Shown: positions 15,291-20,000 of the stretch, piece after piece
Layout of the letters: each line of letters starts with the position of its first letter
How positions within the stretch are numbered: position 1 is the first letter of the stretch
IMG/VR virus record: IMGVR_UViG_3300020685_000001
Length of the DNA: 20,000 nucleotides
Direction: 5' to 3' (one strand)
From: an uncultured virus (IMG/VR IMGVR_UViG_3300020685_000001)
Taxonomy: Duplodnaviria > Heunggongvirae > Uroviricota > Caudoviricetes
Position numbers and translations under genes: made by a program
Notes under the pieces: generated by a model
Databases searched by the model: none
What the model saw: only the letters and a program-made list of their open reading frames with translations
Told to the model about the DNA's origin: nothing

Positions 15291-16853
15291 TTAAACGTTA
15301 TAATACCCAGCGCCTCTTTTAGATTTGAACCATTTAATCTCTTCTGGTTCGTCGGTAGGTAAGCGCAAAAAGCCCCCCTGCCTAAATCTCATTAGCGCTA
15401 ATGTCATTGAGTCCACTAAGTCGTCGTGTTCGCCCGAAGGGAATGCCGCAACCTCGTCTATCAGCTCTTCTGCCCAGCGTGTAGCTGGAGCCCATACTTT
15501 ACCAGATGCAAAGAAATCTGCAACTGAATTTAACCTCGAAATCTTGTCCTGACCTTTCCCCGGACTAAATTCCCCGACAGGGATTCCCATCCTTCTAAGT
15601 TCTTGAATGAGAGGCGCACCAGCCGCCTTTTTCTCAACAATAAGAGAGTCCGGCTCATACGCTTCGTATAGTTCATACGCTTTCGCCTTGAGGTCCGGAA
15701 ATTCCAAGCGCTCCTTATAGGAGTCCAAAAGGATAATGTTTGGTAGGTTGTGGTCTTCCTCATTGTAGAAAACACCCCAGGTTGTGCAAGTTGAGAAGTC
15801 ATTTACGGTTTTCTTTTCGTGGGCCGTATCCCAAGACTGAATAATATATTCACAAGCGGGAGGTCTTTCGGCTTCCCAAATTTTCCACCACTCTCTCTTC
15901 ACAATCGCCGAGCTATCGCTCGTCGGCTGTTGCATATATTGTGCCATCCATTTGGCGTTAGGTAATTCAGTATGTAGGGCTTCAAGTTCTTTAAGGGACC
16001 AAAACTCTGGCCAAAGCGGTTTGCCGCTATCCAAAATGGCTGGCAACTCAATCACACGCCATTCATCCCCACCACGCTGGGCTGCACTTTTTACTACCTG
16101 AGCAGTCAAGTCCCGCATCGACCAGCGGGTCATCACGATTACAATAGAGCCTCCAGGTTGTAAACGCTGACGAGGACCAGAGGTAAACCACTCATAAACT
16201 TTATCGTAGACTTCTGGATTGAATGCAGCTATGGCAGCCTCTTGCTCAGAATGTGGATCGTCAATGATGAGAAGATCAGCTCCCTTACCAGTAACAGCAC
16301 CGCCCACACCGATAGCGAAATAATCACCGCCAAAATTAGTATTCCAACGGCCTGCCGCCTTTGAGTCTGACTGGAGTTCAATAGCAGGGAAAAGGCGTCT
16401 ATACAGAGGGTTGTCCACCAGGTTCCTAACTTTACGGCCAAAGCCCACAGCCAGCTCAGCGGTGTGCGAAGTTTGGATAACTTTCTTCTGAGGAAACTTC
16501 CCGAGGAACCAAGCTGGTAGCAAATAAGAAGCAAACTCAGACTTAGTGTGACGGGGAGGCATATTAATGATGAGACGTTTACATGTACCATTGGCTACAT
16601 CCTCAAAAGCCTTTGCCATTTTCTCATGGTGCCTTCCATGAATAAACTCAGGCCAGACGCTGTTAACAAATTTCATGAAGTCTTGCTGGACTTCTTCCCT
16701 TGCATCCCGAGTATCTAGTTCTTCTAGTATTTCTAACGTAGATGCAGCTTCTTCAGCCGGCATGTCCTTTAAAAAACGGGCACGTTCTTCCGGAGATAGA
16801 CTTTTTAGAATCTCAATCGGGTCTAATTCAGCTTGGATAACGGTATCAGTCAT
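15291..16853 (-). CDS. terL: Terminase large subunit (520 aa)
   Basis: Walker A-like INMPPRHTKSE, Walker B LLIIDDP, coupling motif VMTRW, RNase H-like nuclease QSWDTA...VEKKA.G...HDDLVDS. Confidence 0.95.
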   Translation of the reverse strand: MTDTVIQAELDPIEILKSLSPEERARFLKDMPAEEAASTLEILEELDTRDAREEVQQDFMKFVNSVWPEFIHGRHHEKMAKAFEDVANGTCKRLIINMPPRHTKSEFASYLLPAWFLGKFPQKKVIQTSHTAELAVGFGRKVRNLVDNPLYRRLFPAIELQSDSKAAGRWNTNFGGDYFAIGVGGAVTGKGADLLIIDDPHSEQEAAIAAFNPEVYDKVYEWFTSGPRQRLQPGGSIVIVMTRWSMRDLTAQVVKSAAQRGGDEWRVIELPAILDSGKPLWPEFWSLKELEALHTELPNAKWMAQYMQQPTSDSSAIVKREWWKIWEAERPPACEYIIQSWDTAHEKKTVNDFSTCTTWGVFYNEEDHNLPNIILLDSYKERLEFPDLKAKAYELYEAYEPDSLIVEKKAAGAPLIQELRRMGIPVGEFSPGKGQDKISRLNSVADFFASGKVWAPATRWAEELIDEVAAFPSGEHDDLVDSMTLALMRFRQGGFLRLPTDEPEEIKWFKSKRGAGYYNV

Positions 16854-17493
16854 CTAATTCCACAATATCATCACCGCCACCTAGCTCAACTTTACCTAAT
16901 TTCTTGTTCAGATCAATAGTTATCGGCTTTTTTTCTTCTATTTGTTTAATTTCCTGCGCTGGAACTTCTTCTGCTAGGCCCATATACCTGTTTAATTTCT
17001 TAGCAAGCTCTTGTTTTAGCTCATCTGTACTCTTATGGGACACATTTACTTCTAGTTTGTCTGCAAACATACCCAATTGTGTGAGTCGGCCTAGACTTTC
17101 TAGCGCTCTTAGCCTGTCTCCAGCCTTTTGACCCAACGAAACGGGGTCTGATTCCTCAACTAAGCGTGTAGTTACGTAGGTTTTGAGGCGAATCGTATCT
17201 TCTACTACAGCATTGTTGTATTTATCCAACAGATCATTCAACCACAAAGCTGTTTTGGCATTAAATGGTCGGCGTTGTGCATCTGGACTGCCCGTTGCTT
17301 GTTTAGCCGCTTCACGTTGCGCAGCCTGGTCTTCTTTTTTATCGGGTCTTAGCTTTAAACCATTGGAGTATAGAAACTCTGCCGTATTAAATGCGGCTTT
17401 AGCCTGTTCATACAATGACTTAGCTTCCTGCGGAGTTAGATCCACTGGAATAGGAACAGTTAATTCTGGTGATACATGTATCTCAGTTGTCAT
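16846..17493 (-). CDS. terS: Putative terminase small subunit (215 aa)
   Basis: Overlaps the terL start; RLRALESLGR...GMFADKLEV motif typical of TerS oligomerisation/C-terminal regions. Confidence 0.65.
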   Translation of the reverse strand: MTTEIHVSPELTVPIPVDLTPQEAKSLYEQAKAAFNTAEFLYSNGLKLRPDKKEDQAAQREAAKQATGSPDAQRRPFNAKTALWLNDLLDKYNNAVVEDTIRLKTYVTTRLVEESDPVSLGQKAGDRLRALESLGRLTQLGMFADKLEVNVSHKSTDELKQELAKKLNRYMGLAEEVPAQEIKQIEEKKPITIDLNKKLGKVELGGGDDIVELDD

Positions 17494-17593
17494 AGGAGGA
17501 AAAGTTTGGGTGCACTCCGGTTATGTGAAGTGTAACACAAAGATTTTTTAACGTGTAGTTATAACGTTATTTCCGGGGGGTACTTGTAACTAC

Positions 17594-17614
17594 AAAAAAG
17601 GGCCCGAAGGCCCT
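17594..17614 (-). terminator. Intrinsic terminator with cUUCGg tetraloop
   Basis: Minus strand AGGGCC-UUCG-GGCCCU-UUUUU, 5 nt after the stop of the 42-aa ORF. Confidence 0.9.
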
Positions 17615-17619
17615 AGGTA

Positions 17620-17748
17620 TTACTTAGTTTTGTATAGCTTGAGGGTATCAATCGCAACGTCTAACCAAAAATGGTATGCGTCTTTAATTGCTTTTTCGGT
17701 TTGCTGATAGGTCTTGTTTAATTCAATTGGTTTAAAAAAGTCATACAT
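17620..17748 (-). CDS. Unannotated 42-aa amphipathic peptide (possibly phasin-like)
   Basis: MYDFFKPIELNKTYQQTEKAIKDAYHFWLDVAIDTLKLYKTK; AGGAG SD at 17756-17760, TATAAT upstream, terminator immediately downstream. Confidence 0.8.
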   Translation of the reverse strand: MYDFFKPIELNKTYQQTEKAIKDAYHFWLDVAIDTLKLYKTK

Positions 17749-17780
17749 AGGGTTTCTCCTAATAGGGGTTAATAATGTAT

Positions 17781-17810
17781 ATTATACGATACATTTGTTG
17801 TAGTGCAGCA
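17781..17810 (-). promoter_or_regulatory. Promoter of the 42-aa gene with a TGC-rich operator-like box over the -35 position
   Basis: Perfect TATAAT (17781-17786); -35 region occupied by TGCTGCACTACA (plus strand TGTAGTGCAGCA, 17799-17810). Confidence 0.6.
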
Positions 17811-17843
17811 TTGTTACTAGACAGTTTTTTATTTGTCTAGTAT

Positions 17844-17906
17844 TTCCCGTTCGGGAAGATTTAGTTGTTTTTGCTTATTTTTTAGGCATTTATTCCCGTT
17901 CGGGAA
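17844..17906. repeat. Two identical 14-bp palindromes TTCCCG-TT-CGGGAA
   Basis: Copies at 17844-17857 and 17893-17906. Confidence 0.85.
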
Positions 17907-18400
17907 ACTTTTTTATACCTATGTGTATTAATTATGCGCATGTTTTGATACCTATGGGTATCAGTTTTATTGAAATTTCATGCACTTTATGCCGGTCGAT
18001 GTCACATGTTTGCACGGGTTTTTTATTTGTAATCATAGGGTTACAGTATTATTTTTTTGAGGTGGTTTTATAAAAAATATATACCCCCCGGGGGTATTGA
18101 ATTTGATTTTGATAGGGGGGCATCGGCTAGAAAATCTATAGTTGGCTGTGCAAATTCGAGTATTAGTAGAACCGTCGGAGTCCCAATTCAAAATTTTGGG
18201 GGTGGGGGTCGTCAAAATCAATTTAAAAAATAAAAAAATCGTGGCGCAAAAAAACCTTTTTAGAACTATTTAAAACAATTAGTCATTCGTTACAGTCCCG
18301 AAAAGGGTTGATTGAATGGATAAACCAAGTAATAACCTTATAACTTAGTCAAGTATTAAACCTATATAAAACAATGACTTACGATTGATGTATTTATAAT

Positions 18401-18429
18401 TTGACGGGGTTTAAAAACTTTGATATAGT
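18401..18429 (+). promoter_or_regulatory. Strong sigma70-type early promoter
   Basis: TTGACG (18401-18406), 17-nt spacer, extended -10 TGnTATAGT (18421-18429); AT-rich upstream. Confidence 0.8.
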
Positions 18430-18478
18430 TTAGTTATGGATGGAATGGTTCTATCCTATTTAAGAAAGGTAATACATC

Positions 18479-19030
18479 ATGACTACATCAACACAATCTA
18501 AAGTAATCAATTCAATCGTTAAGACATCGGCGGGAGCTATTGTCAAGGTTCAATCTACTAAACCTAGTCTTACCAGTAGCGAAACCCTTGACCTTATCCA
18601 CGATTCAGCGAAGTTCGTCGTTGCTTATAAAGCGTCAAGTGATGGAATGGCATCAGCATTAGAAAACCTAAACAAATCTATTGCTTGCTTACATAACGGC
18701 GGGGTACGCTTTGAAGATGGTAGAAAGAAAGACCAAGCAACAGCGACAGCAAAATCCGCTTTTCTCGATTCACTTGGTAATCTTAGCAAGTCTTATAAGC
18801 AAGATATTTGGGAGCTATACTTTAAAGCGGTTAATTCGGGTAAAGCATTAAAGACTTTAAACAAATCCCGCAATTCGGGCAAAGGTGCTAAGACCGAGAA
18901 AACCGAATCCGCTATTATCAATATCTTAGTTAAGCTATACAATCATTCTGATTTTGACGATACGCTTAGCGACGAAGTGAAAGACGAGATTCTCGACATC
19001 TTGAAGCGTGAAGGTTGCATCGAGGAATAA
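18479..19030 (+). CDS. Hypothetical early protein (183 aa)
   Basis: GAAAGG SD, own promoter and terminators; no recognisable motif. Confidence 0.8.
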   Translation: MTTSTQSKVINSIVKTSAGAIVKVQSTKPSLTSSETLDLIHDSAKFVVAYKASSDGMASALENLNKSIACLHNGGVRFEDGRKKDQATATAKSAFLDSLGNLSKSYKQDIWELYFKAVNSGKALKTLNKSRNSGKGAKTEKTESAIINILVKLYNHSDFDDTLSDEVKDEILDILKREGCIEE

Positions 19031-19061
19031 AAACGATTCGGGACAATCCCGATTCACTTAG

Positions 19062-19116
19062 ACCCCGCCTTGTGCGGGGTTTTTTATTGCCCGCAATTTC
19101 TTGCGGGTTTTATTTT
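19062..19116 (+). terminator. Tandem intrinsic terminators
   Basis: ACCCCGC-CTTGT-GCGGGGT-TTTTT (19062-19085), then CCCGCAA-TTTC-TTGCGGG-TTTTATTTT (19090-19116). Confidence 0.85.
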
Positions 19117-19201
19117 GTCCTGATTTTGTGGGAACTATCATTTTTGGGAAGTTGAGATGTTGAGAAGGTGGGATTGTCAGGCTAGTGTAACTTAATGTAA
19201 A

Positions 19202-19228
19202 AGCGCAATTAGCGCAATTAGCGCAAAT
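19202..19228. repeat. Tandem 9-bp repeat AGCGCAAWT x3
   Basis: agcgcaatt agcgcaatt agcgcaaat in a non-coding stretch. Confidence 0.75.
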
Positions 19229-19624
19229 ATTCCAGACACTTGGAAAAATCTGCAGACCTTTGTTTATAAGGCTCGCAGGGGATTATTTTGTATTATTCTT
19301 ATATAAATATATTTAAGAAAAGGTTATAGTAGTAGAGCCGTATTACATTGTGTAACAGAGATTTCGCTCCAGCTTTGGCTACTTGAAAACCTTTGAAAAG
19401 AAGAATATTCCCGCCAAATCAATAGAATCAAGGGGGTATTTTTCCAGTTCCCCAAAATATGCAAATTACAACCTTATAACCAAATACACCACGCTATTCG
19501 GGACAGTACCGATTACTACGCAAATTAAACTCAATTCTCACTCCATCTCGTATAACATCGTGTATACTTTATACCAACAGATCACCTAAGCCCGTTACAA
19601 CACACAACTAACAAAGGTACAACA

Positions 19625-19897
19625 ATGTTAAACAAGAAACAGCAACAAAACGATGAAATTCTCGCTATCCGCATGCCTAAAAAGCTACTAGACCAGCTAA
19701 ACGCACTCGCATTAGCCAAAGGTGTCGGAACTTCTACGATGGCAAGGATGGCTCTTATAGACTACCTCAGAGATGAAGCACCCAACGCATTGATCGGTGC
19801 AACACCAACTACATCTACAACTGCCAGACCAAACCAACCTAGTGCAATCATGTCCCCATCACAACGCCAAGCATACGATAACGAGTGGGATTATTAA
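19625..19897 (+). CDS. Ribbon-helix-helix (CopG/Arc-like) DNA-binding protein (90 aa)
   Basis: ILAIRMPKKLLDQLNALALAKGVGTSTMARMALIDYL fits the beta-strand, helix, G-x-x-S, helix pattern; AAAGG SD. Confidence 0.8.
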   Translation: MLNKKQQQNDEILAIRMPKKLLDQLNALALAKGVGTSTMARMALIDYLRDEAPNALIGATPTTSTTARPNQPSAIMSPSQRQAYDNEWDY

Positions 19898-19906
19898 GAG
19901 GGCAAT

Positions 19907-20000
19907 ATGGAACTCAGTATTATTAAACAACTTAAACAAACCCTGTATCAAATTAGACGAAAACCCAAGCGCATGGTGGAGCAAAAGATTGTCAAGAAAA
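19907..20000 (+). CDS. Hypothetical protein, N-terminal fragment (runs off the right edge)
   Basis: GAGGG SD then ATG 19907, MELSIIKQLKQTLYQIRRKPKRMVEQKIVKK, open to the window end. Confidence 0.6.
   Translation, partial: MELSIIKQLKQTLYQIRRKPKRMVEQKIVKK

Noticed and set aside
13399..17551. Many 60-122 aa ORFs inside portal, terL and terS
   Set aside because: Fully nested in long, well-supported genes; no independent signals.
17844..17963. Possible mini-CRISPR array (palindromic repeat with 35-nt spacer)
   Set aside because: Only two 14-bp copies, shorter than CRISPR repeats; no third unit and no cas genes.
17932..18221. ORF 18033-18221 (-) and a 34-codon ORF 17932-18036 (-)
   Set aside because: No SD; they run through homopolymer tracts and palindromes and are better explained as non-coding DNA.
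19383..19589. 68-aa plus-strand ORF
   Set aside because: TTG start, no SD, no recognisable protein character.
1..20000. Stop-codon recoding, intron/intein in terL or capsid, DGR repeat pair
   Set aside because: Core genes are intact and of normal length in the standard code; no reverse transcriptase or adenine-variable repeat pair seen.

Overview
A 20-kb segment of a tailed dsDNA bacteriophage in standard genetic code. Its gene style resembles aquatic proteobacterial podovirus-like phages, but host and morphology are inferred only. Positions 1-17493 form one minus-strand packaging and morphogenesis operon, read right to left: putative small terminase, large terminase, long Gln-tailed portal, GroES-like co-chaperonin, scaffold-like protein, two head-associated genes, major capsid protein, candidate decoration protein, about 9 tiny Lys/Gly-rich proteins (several sharing a KGGK motif), two adaptor-like genes, tail-associated genes and the start of a CBM5/12-like repeat fibre. 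Many junctions are TAATG/ATGA overlaps. A plus-strand GNAT + HNH pair is inserted against the operon just after the capsid gene. Next to it is a probable pseudoknotted RNA leader that can pair over the ribosome-binding site of the following gene. The 17.5-18.45 kb divergence region holds an unannotated 42-aa gene with its own -10, SD, UUCG terminator and PhaR-like box, a dense palindrome cluster, G-tracts and a strong sigma70 promoter. That promoter starts the plus-strand early arm (183-aa hypothetical, tandem terminators, ribbon-helix-helix regulator). No tRNA, rRNA or CRISPR array was seen. Family calls come from motif recognition, not database searches.
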